Assembly (NCBI RefSeq): GCF_000341895.1
Contig: NC_020409.1
Location: forward strand, 1,050,001-1,082,000
Length of the DNA stretch: 32,000 bases
Direction: 5' to 3'
DNA from: Pseudodesulfovibrio piezophilus C1TLV30
GTDB lineage: Bacteria; Desulfobacterota; Desulfovibrionia; Desulfovibrionales; Desulfovibrionaceae
Shown here piece by piece: positions 16,644-28,036 of the stretch; the first letter of the stretch is position 1; every line of letters begins with the position of its first letter. A program made the position numbers and the translations under genes. A model generated the notes under the pieces. It was not told the DNA's origin. It saw only the letters and a program-made list of their open reading frames with translations, and searched no databases.

Positions 16644-18596
16644 ATGCTACATTGGATTGTAAAAAGTTTGTCTCGCGCCATGCTTTTACCAACTGTTATG
16701 TCAATAATTATCGGTATTGCAACTCTTGTATATTATGTAAATGATTCTTCTTATGAAATGAGCCTTTCCAATCAGACAGTAGCAGCGAATAATCAAGCAC
16801 AAGCTGTGACTGCTGCTTTACAGCTCTTTATTGAGGATAACATTGCTGCAGTGAAAGCGCTCTCCGGGCGATCCGGGATTGTTCAATCACTTGAAAATGA
16901 CCCAAGTCGAGCACAAAAGGTGCTTAAAATATATGTTGCAGACAACTCAAATCTCTGGGCGGCGGTCACATTCAATCTTCAAGGGCACATCATGGCAGGC
17001 ACCATGGCCAATGGAGATTCCATGGTCGGCCTGGATGTTTCCAACAGAGAATATGTCAAAGCCATTCTAAGCGGCAAAAAATCTTTCATTTCTCGCACAG
17101 TCATGAAATCGAAAACTGACGGGGCCTTGATTTTTGCCATCAGTACACCGGTCTACAACAACGAAGGAAAACTCGTCGGTGGCGTGGCTATTTATGGGGC
17201 TTGGGATAAATTCGTTGAAACGTTTGTGGAGCCGATATCCATCGGCAAGGAAGGATATGGGTTTGTCTTTGATGGCGATGGGCGCTTCATATATCACCCG
17301 CGAGACAGTCAACTCATTACGCAGGACTACAGCAAGTGGGGGTTTGTTCAGACTGCCCTCAGAGAAAAGGATGGGATTGTCAAGTATGACTGGGAAGGGC
17401 AAGACAAGCTTATGATTTTCCATACGGATCCCACGACAGGCTGGATAGTCTGCATGTCTGCCTATCAGGATGACCTGGCGTCCGGTGCCATAGAGCAGGG
17501 GTATGTCCTTATGGGAATCGGCGCTCTCATTGTCATCATTGTCATTGGATTGGTGGTTCTTTTTCTCAAACGCTTGGTCGTTTCTCCTGTTACCGAGGGA
17601 ATGACTCTTGCCAAAGATATGTCACACGGATTTCTGCTCAAAGATGTGAAGAGCGACTCTCCCAATGAATTGGGGCACCTCATGCGTTCACTGGGCAGCA
17701 TGGTCCAATCCCTTCGGCGGGTTGTCCACAATGTGAAATCCGCTGCTGAAATGGTCGCGGCAGGGAGTGAAGAAATAGCAGCCTCTGCTGAACAAATGAG
17801 TGAAGGGTCCACAGAGCAGGCCGCCAGCGTGGAAGAAATTTCAGCTTCCATGGAAATGATGGCCAGCAATATTCAGCAAAATATGGAAGTGGCACAGGAA
17901 ACCAGAGAAATAGCGGTCAAGACAGCCAAAGATGCCAGTGAAGGCGGCGACGCGGTCAGGAAAACCGTTTCTGCCATGCGCGATATCGCGGATCGCACAT
18001 CCATCATTGAAGAAATAGCCCGACAGACCAATCTGCTTGCCCTCAACGCCGCCATCGAAGCCGCCCGAGCCGGAGAACATGGAAAAGGGTTCGCCGTGGT
18101 CGCCGCCGAAGTACGAAAGCTGGCTGAACGCTCCGGGGTAGCAGCCTCTGAAATTAGTGACCTGACAGGTAACAGCCTCAAAGTGGCAGAAAAAGCAGGC
18201 TCGATGCTTGAACAAATTGTCAAGGATATCAAACACAACGAAGAGCTTGTCCAGGAAGTTGCTGCGGCGAGCAGTGAACAGCACGAATCAGCAAAGCAAA
18301 TTACCACTTCCATCCAGCATCTCGATATAGTGGTTCAAAAAAATGCTTCATTCTCCGAAGAACTCTCCGCGACATCCCAGGAGTTATCAGGCCAAGCAGT
18401 GCAACTTCAACAAACCATGGAATTCTTTACAGTCGACCGTGACCATGCCCCTAATAGACCGCATGGCACCACAAAATCAGTCCGCGTGGTCAACACGCCT
18501 CATACACGAAACCAGCAGGTCACATCATCCCACCTTTCAGCCACTCCTGCCGCACTCCCAGGAAGCCAGGAAGAGGAAGAATACGAACGATTCTAA
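16644..18596 (+). CDS. Methyl-accepting chemotaxis protein with periplasmic Cache-like sensor
   Basis: The layout is TM1, then an approximately 270-aa periplasmic domain, then TM2, then HAMP. The conserved signalling hairpin is [42 protein letters not shown]. The start is ATG 16644, with the SD AGGAG at 16632. Confidence 0.9.
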   Translation: MLHWIVKSLSRAMLLPTVMSIIIGIATLVYYVNDSSYEMSLSNQTVAANNQAQAVTAALQLFIEDNIAAVKALSGRSGIVQSLENDPSRAQKVLKIYVADNSNLWAAVTFNLQGHIMAGTMANGDSMVGLDVSNREYVKAILSGKKSFISRTVMKSKTDGALIFAISTPVYNNEGKLVGGVAIYGAWDKFVETFVEPISIGKEGYGFVFDGDGRFIYHPRDSQLITQDYSKWGFVQTALREKDGIVKYDWEGQDKLMIFHTDPTTGWIVCMSAYQDDLASGAIEQGYVLMGIGALIVIIVIGLVVLFLKRLVVSPVTEGMTLAKDMSHGFLLKDVKSDSPNELGHLMRSLGSMVQSLRRVVHNVKSAAEMVAAGSEEIAASAEQMSEGSTEQAASVEEISASMEMMASNIQQNMEVAQETREIAVKTAKDASEGGDAVRKTVSAMRDIADRTSIIEEIARQTNLLALNAAIEAARAGEHGKGFAVVAAEVRKLAERSGVAASEISDLTGNSLKVAEKAGSMLEQIVKDIKHNEELVQEVAAASSEQHESAKQITTSIQHLDIVVQKNASFSEELSATSQELSGQAVQLQQTMEFFTVDRDHAPNRPHGTTKSVRVVNTPHTRNQQVTSSHLSATPAALPGSQEEEEYERF

Positions 18597-18789
18597 AGAT
18601 TGTGTCGGGCAATTGATACTGGATTAAAGAGGTCCATTTTCGATTGCCCGATTATCCTCCTTCACTCTGGAGCGGTGGGGTGCGCCCTCTGCTTTTATTG
18701 AAGTGCGGGACACAATGATGAGGGGTGAGGAAAGAAATTCTCATCTCAAACACAGCGCCCCATCTCGGGAATCCAGGACTCTTTGGGCT

Positions 18790-19293
18790 TCAGGATTTGA
18801 GTCGAGCGAGCTCTCTTGACAATTCGCTGATTTGCTCATTGGCAGCACGTAGCCGCACAGCCATCACTTCCGCGAAAACACGGTACATGACTGCTTGCGT
18901 AAATATTTTACTACCGTCTCCCAATGTACCAATGGCAGTATCGTCCAGTGTCACCACCAAAGATGTTCGTGTCGCTATGATGGTCGCGGAACGGGGGCTC
19001 CCATCAATAATTCCCATTTCACCGAAGACATCACCGAGCCGCTTGAGATTTCCGACGACATTACCGCCAACAGAAACCTCCAAGACCCCAAAGATCAGGA
19101 AGTAAACCTGATTGTCGAACTCCCCTTCCGTAACAATAACTTCTCCGGATTCGTACCGGCGAATGGACGCAGCTGTCATGGCTTGACGAATATGCCTGTC
19201 AGGCAAGGCATTAAAAGCAGGGACATTACGCAGATGCAGCATAATATCATCATTTTCCGGATCGAATGGCACTTCTTTCATGGCCCCTCGCAT
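18790..19293 (-). CDS. Cyclic nucleotide-binding domain protein (stand-alone cNMP domain)
   Basis: 167 aa. FGEMGIIDGSPRSATIIA is the cNMP phosphate-binding cassette pattern, and there is no HTH. The start is uncertain (ATG 19293 or 19281). Confidence 0.7.
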   Translation of the reverse strand: MRGAMKEVPFDPENDDIMLHLRNVPAFNALPDRHIRQAMTAASIRRYESGEVIVTEGEFDNQVYFLIFGVLEVSVGGNVVGNLKRLGDVFGEMGIIDGSPRSATIIATRTSLVVTLDDTAIGTLGDGSKIFTQAVMYRVFAEVMAVRLRAANEQISELSRELARLKS

Positions 19294-19352
19294 GATCGAT
19301 TGTTCACGGTGATACCGTGAAACATGCCATAAAAAAGGAAGGTGATCGATAT

Positions 19353-20591
19353 TTATTTCATGAACCGGGACAAAGCTCTGACACGTTCAAGCACTGGAGG
19401 ATGTGAATACTCGAGCCAGACGGTCAACGAATGAGGGGTCAAATTCGAGAGATTATTCGCTGACAATTTTTTCAGCGCGGAAATCATGGAGGCCGGGTTC
19501 CCCGTGGATTCCGCGGCGAAAGCATCGGCTTCAAATTCATGTTTTCGGGAGATAAGATTGCTTACCACGGCCAGAACCAGGGAAAGAGGAGCATAGAGCA
19601 GGAAAAAAAAGACCAGCCCGGCATAGAGGGACATGTGTTCCATCCCAAACGCGGCAAAAAGGCCCGGCGAAGTTATAAATATTGACATGAGGTAAAATAT
19701 GACACCAGTTTTGAGAACACTGGACAACAACCCTTTTCTGATGTGTCCCCTCTTTGCATGCCCCACTTCATGAGCAAGCACTGCGACAATTTCTTCAGGT
19801 GACTGGGTTTTGATCAGGGTATCGAAAAGAGCAATGCGTTTACGCTTGCCGAACCCGGTAAAAAAAGCATTGCCTTTGGTAGATCGTTTGGAACCATCCA
19901 TGACGAATATGCCGGTCAACTCAAAGTCCGCCGTTTTTGCAAAATGCTCAAGGGCATCTCTGAGTTCCCCTGCTTCCAATGGTTTAAAAGAGTTGAACAA
20001 AGGCAGTATCCACGTCGGGGCGACATACGTCAGGCCGAGAGAAAGAAATGTCGTCAAAGTCCAACACCAAACCCAGGCCCATGTGCCAGTTTGCTGAATA
20101 AAATAGAGGACCCCTGCGATCAGGACTCCTCCCAGAAAAACTGTTAGAACTCCCCCCTTGACCCGATCCAGAATAAAAGTCCCGACTGTGGTGGTGTTAA
20201 AACCGAACCTATTTTCCAAGACGAAAGTTTCATAAAGCTCAAAAGGCAGCCCAACGACAAAACTCCCGACTCCCAGTAGACCTATATAGGTCAGACCTGC
20301 GATAATCGGCGGCAAACTGCAAGAACGAACAAGACCATCGACCCAGTTGAAGCCTCCGAGAACAAAAAAAACTATAATCAACAGAGTACTGACAGTGTCA
20401 TTGACAGTTGAAAAGCGCATGGTTGATCGGGCATAGTCTTGGGATTGGGCATAGGTCTTCGCATCGTAGATGTCAGCCAACTCCGGAGGAAGGGTCGATT
20501 CCATATGCCTGAGAGTTAAAAGATTGGACAGGACTCCAAGCACCCAGGATACAATGAGTGAAACCAATATAATAATGAAATAGATGTTCAA
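19353..20591 (-). CDS. M48 family metallopeptidase (Ste24/CAAX-protease-like, membrane)
   Basis: 412 aa with multiple TM helices. The motifs are LAHEVGHAKRGH (HExxH) and, downstream, EFEADAFA. The start codon is TTG. Confidence 0.8.
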   Translation of the reverse strand: MNIYFIIILVSLIVSWVLGVLSNLLTLRHMESTLPPELADIYDAKTYAQSQDYARSTMRFSTVNDTVSTLLIIVFFVLGGFNWVDGLVRSCSLPPIIAGLTYIGLLGVGSFVVGLPFELYETFVLENRFGFNTTTVGTFILDRVKGGVLTVFLGGVLIAGVLYFIQQTGTWAWVWCWTLTTFLSLGLTYVAPTWILPLFNSFKPLEAGELRDALEHFAKTADFELTGIFVMDGSKRSTKGNAFFTGFGKRKRIALFDTLIKTQSPEEIVAVLAHEVGHAKRGHIRKGLLSSVLKTGVIFYLMSIFITSPGLFAAFGMEHMSLYAGLVFFFLLYAPLSLVLAVVSNLISRKHEFEADAFAAESTGNPASMISALKKLSANNLSNLTPHSLTVWLEYSHPPVLERVRALSRFMK

Positions 20592-21037
20592 AAGTCCCCC
20601 GTTATTAGAAATAATGATGCATCATCTTCAAACCGTGGCCCAGCCATCAACGTCGAATATTTGCCCAGTCAATGGAAGTGGCACAAAAGCTATCCGCAGG
20701 GGGACCTGACGTCAACGAATGGATATCGAGAAGACATCCGATCTGAGACAGCATGATTGAGAGGGAATGAGATGAGTAATGGCGAGTTGACAATAATATC
20801 CAACCATTACACTATAAGTTGTTTGAATATTCTTTTGCCGATCTCGAAAAACCCCAGTCTGCAAGAGATCCCGCAAAAGGACTCGATTCGCAAGAAAGAA
20901 AACACAAGGATCTGGAACATGAGCATACCATAGTCGTTCAGGAAAACTCCGTTTTTTGCTCCCTACTTGCTAAAAGTACAACCCTGTATTAGTTTACGTG
21001 TTAACCGGACCGTAACAACCGCCGGGGATATTGCAAC

Positions 21038-21928
21038 ATGCCGAAAGTGACAGCGAAGGAAATTCGTGAAGATATAGCCAGGGCGCGGGCCTACACCAAA
21101 AAGAGTGATTATCTCAAGACGCTCTCATGTCTGGCAAACGCCATACGGAATATGGTGACCAGTCCTGTTTTTGGTGCGGAAAAATTTGAAATCCATGCCC
21201 ATCTTGACGAGGCGCTCCGAGACCTCAACAAGATGAAAATGATAAATAGGCTCTTTCCCCAAGGGCTCAAGTATCAAAAAGGCAAGGAAAAAGCATTTTA
21301 CCAAACCCTGATGCGGTTGCACAAAAAGCTGGGCGAGGCCATGGAAAAGGCTCGTGTGACCAAACTCCGCAAACGACTTGCCGTCCTGGATGACAACATG
21401 ATCAAAGCCGCAACACTCATCAAGGACGACAACAAACTTGAAGCCCGTAAACTCTACCGCAAAATTTCAGAATACTTTCAGGATATCGAAGGAATCGACT
21501 CAGATATCGGAAATAGGTTAACAACCTTTGGAATGTTCTCCGAAGCAGTTGAATACCTGACCAAAGCCTTGAGCGAATCCCCCAATGATGTCCGTGCGCA
21601 CAATGCGCTGATCCTGAGCTATGAAGGAATGGAGGAGATAGACAAAGGGCTTGCCGCCATTCAGGACGCCATGCGTTATGTCGGCGCGAGCGAAAGCCTC
21701 TACCTGCGAATGGCGAAACTTTTCCTCAAGAAGCGGCAGTGGAGCGAAGTCTATAATAATGCCAAAGCTGCCCTGGATAGAAATCCGCTGAACAATGAAG
21801 CCAAGAAGTTAATAAAACAAGCTGAACCAAGGATATTCACAACATCAGGGAGCAGCAATGGCGGAAGTACGGCACCTCAAAAAAATGGCACGAACAGCGA
21901 AAAGAAAATGCACGACCTGAACTTCTAG
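21038..21928 (+). CDS. TPR-repeat-like hypothetical protein
   Basis: 296 aa and helical. TPR-like segments include FSEAVEYLTKALSESPNDVRAHNAL and WSEVYNNAKAALDRNPLNNEAKK. The C-terminal tail is low-complexity. Confidence 0.55.
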   Translation: MPKVTAKEIREDIARARAYTKKSDYLKTLSCLANAIRNMVTSPVFGAEKFEIHAHLDEALRDLNKMKMINRLFPQGLKYQKGKEKAFYQTLMRLHKKLGEAMEKARVTKLRKRLAVLDDNMIKAATLIKDDNKLEARKLYRKISEYFQDIEGIDSDIGNRLTTFGMFSEAVEYLTKALSESPNDVRAHNALILSYEGMEEIDKGLAAIQDAMRYVGASESLYLRMAKLFLKKRQWSEVYNNAKAALDRNPLNNEAKKLIKQAEPRIFTTSGSSNGGSTAPQKNGTNSEKKMHDLNF

Positions 21929-21951
21929 CTAGCTCGAAACACTTTTCCCGG

Positions 21952-22416
21952 TTACTGCATGGACAAAAGCCCAGAGCGGCGTACTCGAAGAATCGTTCCA
22001 TTCTGAATGGCGATAATCAGCCCCCCATCCCGGTCAACAGCAAGTCCGACCGGCGTGCCATGCACATGAAACGCTTTTTTGATCTCCCCTGTCCGCTCGA
22101 CCTGATAGACAACCCCACTCTCTGTCGCAACAAAAAGAATACGCAGTCTATCCACAGCTAACACTGTTGGCTTTCCTTCCACCCTCCCCAGCAAGACTGG
22201 CTCTATCCCCGGTGGAATACAATAGATATTCCCCGTCTGAGGATTTGCGGAGTAGAGGCATCCCCGAGAATCGATAATCAACCCCGCACAGCATGAAAAC
22301 TTGGCGCAAACGACTGAACGATGCTCCTTTTCCGCAAACGCTGGCACGCTGGCCAACACAATCAGCAGCATCACAACAGACACCCAACGGTCGCTTCTCT
22401 TCTGAAACATCATCAT
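21952..22416 (-). CDS. Small secreted protein with NHL/beta-propeller-blade-like repeats
   Basis: 154 aa. The signal peptide is VSVVMLLIVLASVPAFA. Repeats of the type GLIIDSRGCLYSA / VLAVDRLRILFVA / GLAVDRDGGLIIA are present. The SD AGGAGG lies 5 nt upstream. Confidence 0.6.
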   Translation of the reverse strand: MMMFQKRSDRWVSVVMLLIVLASVPAFAEKEHRSVVCAKFSCCAGLIIDSRGCLYSANPQTGNIYCIPPGIEPVLLGRVEGKPTVLAVDRLRILFVATESGVVYQVERTGEIKKAFHVHGTPVGLAVDRDGGLIIAIQNGTILRVRRSGLLSMQ

Positions 22417-22462
22417 GACAAACCTCCTGCCTTTGATGCCTCACGCTAGAGAGCCTTAATCA

Positions 22463-22479
22463 ATATGTCTAATACATAT
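22463..22479. promoter_or_regulatory. Candidate LysR box (interrupted dyad containing T-N11-A)
   Basis: ATATGT-ctaat-ACATAT is a perfect 6-5-6 dyad in the 98-bp divergent region between 21952..22416 (-) and the first LysR gene (+). Confidence 0.4.
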
Positions 22480-22514
22480 TTACAACAAGATTAATATGAA
22501 TTAAGTCTCAAAAA

Positions 22515-23411
22515 ATGGAATTCAGACAACTTGCTTATTTTATTGCCGTAGCAGAGGAACTGCACTTCGGGCGTGCGGCAGAACAATGCCACATAGCCCA
22601 GCCACCGTTGTCGCAACAAATCAAGCGGCTTGAAGAAGAGTTGGGGGTCATTCTTCTGAAACGAACCAGCCGAAGGGTTTCCCTGACACCTGAAGGCAAG
22701 GAATTCCTGCGCCGTTGCAAGGACATACGGGACAGAATTGACGAAGCTGTCGCCTGTGTTCAGGATATGGCCCTCGGCCTTGAGGGCCAGCTTCGAGTAG
22801 GCTTCATTGGACCGGCATCACTGAGTAATCTTCCCAAAGCAATCAGAACTTTTCGGGAAGACAACCCTCAAATCCGCTTGGATTTCTCGGCAAAATCCAC
22901 ATCCGAACAACTCCCCATGCTCAGGGCTGATCGACTCGACATAGCCTTTGTCAGGCTCTTTGGACATGACACCACTGGACTTGATTCAATGATTTTTCTC
23001 CGCGAACCATACGTCCTGGCCATTCCTGAAGGGGATGATTTTACCCACCGAACACGGGTGAATATAAAAGATCTCGAAGGCAAACCACTCATTTTTAACC
23101 AACGCCTCGCGCAGCCCGCCCTCTACCGCTCACTCATAGGCTCGTTTCACAAAGCGGGCTTCATGCCCAATATAGTTCAGGAAGTTAATACGGAGCAATC
23201 GACTGTCGCCCTTGTCGCCACAGGGCTTGGGTGTGCCTTGGTTCCAGCGTCCAGCGCAGAGGACAAACGCTTCGGTGTTATCTTTCGGCCACTTGATGGA
23301 GACCTTCCTCAATGGGAAATAACAGCCCTCTGGAAGCAAAAGAACCACACAAAACTTCTGCAAAAGTTCCTGGATGTTGTCGCCAGATTCAGTAATAATC
23401 CTGATAAATAA
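22515..23411 (+). CDS. LysR family transcriptional regulator
   Basis: The N-terminal HTH is MEFRQLAYFIAVAEELHFGRAAEQCHIAQPPLSQQIKRLEEELG, followed by a LysR substrate-binding domain. 298 aa. Confidence 0.9.
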   Translation: MEFRQLAYFIAVAEELHFGRAAEQCHIAQPPLSQQIKRLEEELGVILLKRTSRRVSLTPEGKEFLRRCKDIRDRIDEAVACVQDMALGLEGQLRVGFIGPASLSNLPKAIRTFREDNPQIRLDFSAKSTSEQLPMLRADRLDIAFVRLFGHDTTGLDSMIFLREPYVLAIPEGDDFTHRTRVNIKDLEGKPLIFNQRLAQPALYRSLIGSFHKAGFMPNIVQEVNTEQSTVALVATGLGCALVPASSAEDKRFGVIFRPLDGDLPQWEITALWKQKNHTKLLQKFLDVVARFSNNPDK

Positions 23412-23536
23412 TCCCTCTGCTCTCCCGGTGACGTCTTGTTTTCCCATACGCTTTCAGTAATATGATAAAAAAGAATTCAAGACAGAGAGGAAAAGAACAT
23501 CGTTTCTTTTCAGTTTGTGAAATGATGGAGATTGCA

Positions 23537-24541
23537 ATGGAATTACGCCAACTCAAATATTTTATTGCCGTGGCCGAAGAGTTAAACTTCACACGGGCTG
23601 CTGAACGTTGCCACATAGCTCAGCCTCCTCTCTCTCAACAGATCAAAAAACTTGAAGAAGAGCTGGGAGTTCTTCTTTTTCACCGTACCAACCGGATCGT
23701 CACCTTGACAGAGGAAGGTAAATCCTTCCTCACAGTCGCCCGTGAAAGCCTCAGAAACCTGGAGGAAGGAGTGAAAACGGTTCGATCAATTGCCCGAGGA
23801 GAAACAGGTCGCCTTCGTGTCGGCTACCTGAACTCGGCCATCCAGACCCGCTTTCCAGAGGCTTTGACAGCGTTCAGAAAACAGCACCCGGGCATCACAC
23901 TGGAAATGAAAGAAAATGAATCACGCAACCAAAAGGAAGCTCTCCGTGCCGGGAGTCTTGATGTTGGCCTCTGTCATCACAATGCGTCTGATGCAAGGAC
24001 TCTGAACTCCAGAATTTTCCTGGTAGATACATATTATCTCGCAGTGCATGAAACTCACCCCTTGGCTGTCCGAAAGAGTGTGGGATGGCGAGACCTGGAT
24101 AACGAACTATTCATCATGTTTTCACGCGAGAATTATCCCAATGCCTACGAACGCACCCTGACACGATTTCGCACACTCGATATCAGACCCAAAATCATTC
24201 AGGATGCCAACACGCACCAAGCAAAGCTGTCGCTCATAGCAGCAGGCATGGGCATGGGATTCATTCCAGAACGCATGAAACAGGTCCGCCCCGCCTGTGT
24301 CACATTTCTTCCCTTTGACTGGGATGGGAACGAACAGCACAGCTCCATAAAAATCGCATGGAAAAAAGGCGAGATATCTAGTCCTCTCCGCTATTTCCTC
24401 ACGATCATCGCCGATTTTTGTGACACCTCAGCCAAACCACTCAATGAGTGTTGGAACTTCACTCGCGAACAAGCCGTTCCTTGTCTTCCAGAAAAGAGCA
24501 ACCCCGTCGAACTTCCAGACTTCCTTCGGCCTGGAGAATAG
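23537..24541 (+). CDS. LysR family transcriptional regulator (tandem paralog, C-terminal extension)
   Basis: MELRQLKYFIAVAEELNFTRAAERCHIAQPPLSQQIKKLEEELG. I set the start at ATG 23537, the canonical LysR N-terminus. The tracked start at 23462 adds 25 atypical residues. Confidence 0.85.
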   Translation: MELRQLKYFIAVAEELNFTRAAERCHIAQPPLSQQIKKLEEELGVLLFHRTNRIVTLTEEGKSFLTVARESLRNLEEGVKTVRSIARGETGRLRVGYLNSAIQTRFPEALTAFRKQHPGITLEMKENESRNQKEALRAGSLDVGLCHHNASDARTLNSRIFLVDTYYLAVHETHPLAVRKSVGWRDLDNELFIMFSRENYPNAYERTLTRFRTLDIRPKIIQDANTHQAKLSLIAAGMGMGFIPERMKQVRPACVTFLPFDWDGNEQHSSIKIAWKKGEISSPLRYFLTIIADFCDTSAKPLNECWNFTREQAVPCLPEKSNPVELPDFLRPGE

Positions 24542-24754
24542 AGGAAACAGAGATCAAACCCCGTAAATGCGGCACAAATGTCTCAATAAAGAAAACTCTC
24601 AAACATCTGCACAACGATAAGAACGGCGCCGACTCACACCTCTCAATGCCACCCAAGACTGAATCGTGCATTCCCCAGTGTCGGAGATATCACCCCCTGC
24701 TCCCGATTTCCCAAAAAACCGACAAAAAGCGACTCCATCAACTGTGATTGAGAG

Positions 24755-24793
24755 CAAAAAAAAGACCGACCCGTGACAGATGTCACAGGCCGG
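24755..24793 (-). terminator. Rho-independent terminator after groEL
   Basis: The minus strand reads ccggcctgtgaca-tc-tgtcacgggtcgg, followed by TCTTTTTTTT. Confidence 0.8.
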
Positions 24794-24821
24794 AATATTC
24801 TTTTTGCTTAAGCGGGAAGAC

Positions 24822-26477
<1,656 letters not shown>

Positions 26478-26534
26478 TTATTCTCCTTGGGAAAATCGTT
26501 TTGTTTTGAATGAAAAAATTAATGATCCGAGAAC

Positions 26535-26822
26535 TTATTCGACGATGGCGAGGATATCATCCTCACGCATGACCAGATTCTCTTCCCCATCAATGGCGAT
26601 TTCAGAACCGGCATATTTGGCGAACAGGACTGTATCGCCGACCTTAACGGTCATGGCAACGCGTTTGCCGTCGTCATCGAGCTTGCCGGGACCGGCGGCA
26701 ACGACTTCACCCTTCAGGGGCTTTTCCTTGGCAGAGTCCGGGATGTAAATGCCACCCGCAGTCTTTTCTTCCACTTCCAGACGCTTGACCAGAACTCGAT
26801 CGTTCAGCGGTTTAAGCTTCAT
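26535..26822 (-). CDS. groS: Co-chaperonin GroES
   Basis: [35 protein letters not shown]... I set the start at ATG 26822 (SD GGAGG upstream), giving 95 aa. The tracked start at 26879 adds 19 atypical residues. Confidence 0.95.
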   Translation of the reverse strand: MKLKPLNDRVLVKRLEVEEKTAGGIYIPDSAKEKPLKGEVVAAGPGKLDDDGKRVAMTVKVGDTVLFAKYAGSEIAIDGEENLVMREDDILAIVE

Positions 26823-26973
26823 TCCTTTATACCTCCAATTGTGATTGTACTTGCTAAGCGGAGTCGAAGTGGCTTGCACCCCCTGCTTCGGCTCCCTTGC
26901 CCCGGAGAACGAGATCGTTCCTCCAGGCTTGATGAAAGATAAACATGGTTAATCGAGAGTCAAGCGCATAAGA

Positions 26974-27020
26974 CAAAAAAAATTCCGGTCAGCACTGAAC
27001 GCCGCTGCCGGAATTCTTTT
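26974..27020 (-). terminator. Rho-independent terminator after the hemerythrin gene
   Basis: The arms are aattccgg(26981-26988)/ccggaatt(27008-27015), extended by cagc/gctg pairing. They are flanked by an A-run and a T-run, so a T8 follows the hairpin on the minus strand. Confidence 0.75.
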
Positions 27021-27041
27021 TCCAACGATACCAAGAAAATA

Positions 27042-27476
27042 TTAGCCTGTTTTTTCTTTGTAGAAAAGACTAAACGGCTTATCAAGCTCCAGAATGTGTT
27101 CACGATACCAATCATGCATGAAATTTCTGATCTTGATAGCAGGAATGGCTGAACCATTCATGAACTCGGCCTCCATACGAATAACATCCGTCATAAAACG
27201 GTTATGTTCTGATTTCTGCTTGGCAATGCCGGGATAATCGACTTCACGCATGTACGCCTCTTCCGTACGGAAATGGAGCATGGCATAATCACGCAATTCA
27301 TCCAGCACATCGACAACGGCATCCACCTCGTCGTCATCCAGAACCTTATACAGATCCGGTGCGGCATCCCCTATCTTGGCAAGCAAATCAAAAAACCTTT
27401 TATGTTGTTCGTCAATTTCCGGTATGTCCAGCAGGTATTCTTCCGTAAAACCGATAAGATTGAGCTTTGAAGACAT
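27042..27476 (-). CDS. Hemerythrin-like metal-binding protein (bacteriohemerythrin)
   Basis: 144 aa. IDEQHKRFFDL, HFRTEEAYM, HNRFM and HDWYREHI carry the His/Glu/Asp iron ligands of the hemerythrin four-helix bundle. The SD AGGAGAAG lies upstream. Confidence 0.85.
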   Translation of the reverse strand: MSSKLNLIGFTEEYLLDIPEIDEQHKRFFDLLAKIGDAAPDLYKVLDDDEVDAVVDVLDELRDYAMLHFRTEEAYMREVDYPGIAKQKSEHNRFMTDVIRMEAEFMNGSAIPAIKIRNFMHDWYREHILELDKPFSLFYKEKTG

Positions 27477-27635
27477 GCGCTTCTCCTATAACGCGATTCA
27501 TTTCATTGCTGAATATTCTATACGGTATTTTCTTCCATGTCACCCTTCGCATATATTTTTATAAACCACTCATGTTCTTTTTTATAGAGTAGAGGTCCGG
27601 TACTTGCATTCCTTTTAATAAAATAAGGAGGAACC

Positions 27636-27977
27636 ATGTCTAGTATGCACCAACCTGTTTCACAGAACCTCTTCTATGAAGACTATGAGACCAATGCCAT
27701 TTTGTATGCTATCGACTTTGAAGACGTGGCGCTTTCTCTGGAAGGCGTTCACAGTGTTCACCATGGAGCACAGGCTGTTATGCGGCAATTCATGCCTGCA
27801 GCCAATGATGAAAATCTGACTGTGGCGCAGGCTATTTCCTTGTTTGTCGACAGGGTGTTCTGGGAAGAGAATTCCGGAAATCTTTTCATGTGTGCCGAAA
27901 TAGCTAAAAGGAATATCTGTCTACCTATTCCGCGTGAGCATTGGCATGTTCAAGGGATACCAGATATTCCTCAATAG
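27636..27977 (+). CDS. Hypothetical protein (no recognisable domain)
   Basis: 113 aa. A very strong SD AAGGAGG (27625-27631) lies 4 nt before the ATG. The composition looks coding. Confidence 0.6.
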   Translation: MSSMHQPVSQNLFYEDYETNAILYAIDFEDVALSLEGVHSVHHGAQAVMRQFMPAANDENLTVAQAISLFVDRVFWEENSGNLFMCAEIAKRNICLPIPREHWHVQGIPDIPQ

Positions 27978-28036
27978 ATTATAATAAAAGGAAGAAGAGT
28001 AAGAGCACACTCGCTTTTGCAGATACCCATGGCGCT

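Noticed and set aside
20679-20694. TGGCAC hexamer in the 446-bp gap upstream of the TPR gene (possible sigma-54 promoter)
   Set aside because: The downstream GC is 3 nt out of register (TGGCACaaaaGCtat). The site is about 350 nt from the nearest start codon.
20815-20844. Sigma-28-like element (TAAG ... GCCGATCT) upstream of the TPR gene
   Set aside because: The spacer is 18 nt instead of about 15 and the -10 box matches only 6 of 8 positions. A similar weak candidate upstream of the MCP gene (GAAA-N14-GACGATAT, 16425-16450) was rejected for the same reasons.
24542-24754. About 210 bp ORF-free spacer between convergent LysR and groEL genes, with three CTCTCAA/TTGAGAG copies (possible sRNA)
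   Set aside because: I could identify no promoter, no terminator other than the groEL one, and no stable structure. The short heptamer repeats are compatible with chance.
26823-26975. Expected a CIRCE (TTAGCACTC-N9-GAGTGCTAA) or a sigma-32 promoter upstream of groES
   Set aside because: Only partial resemblances were found. CTTAGCAAG has no matching second arm. CTTGAC ... CCATGT are spaced about 10 nt apart instead of about 13-15. An imperfect dyad ggagaacgagatcgttcctcc (26904-26924) exists, but I cannot assign it. No confident call is possible by eye.
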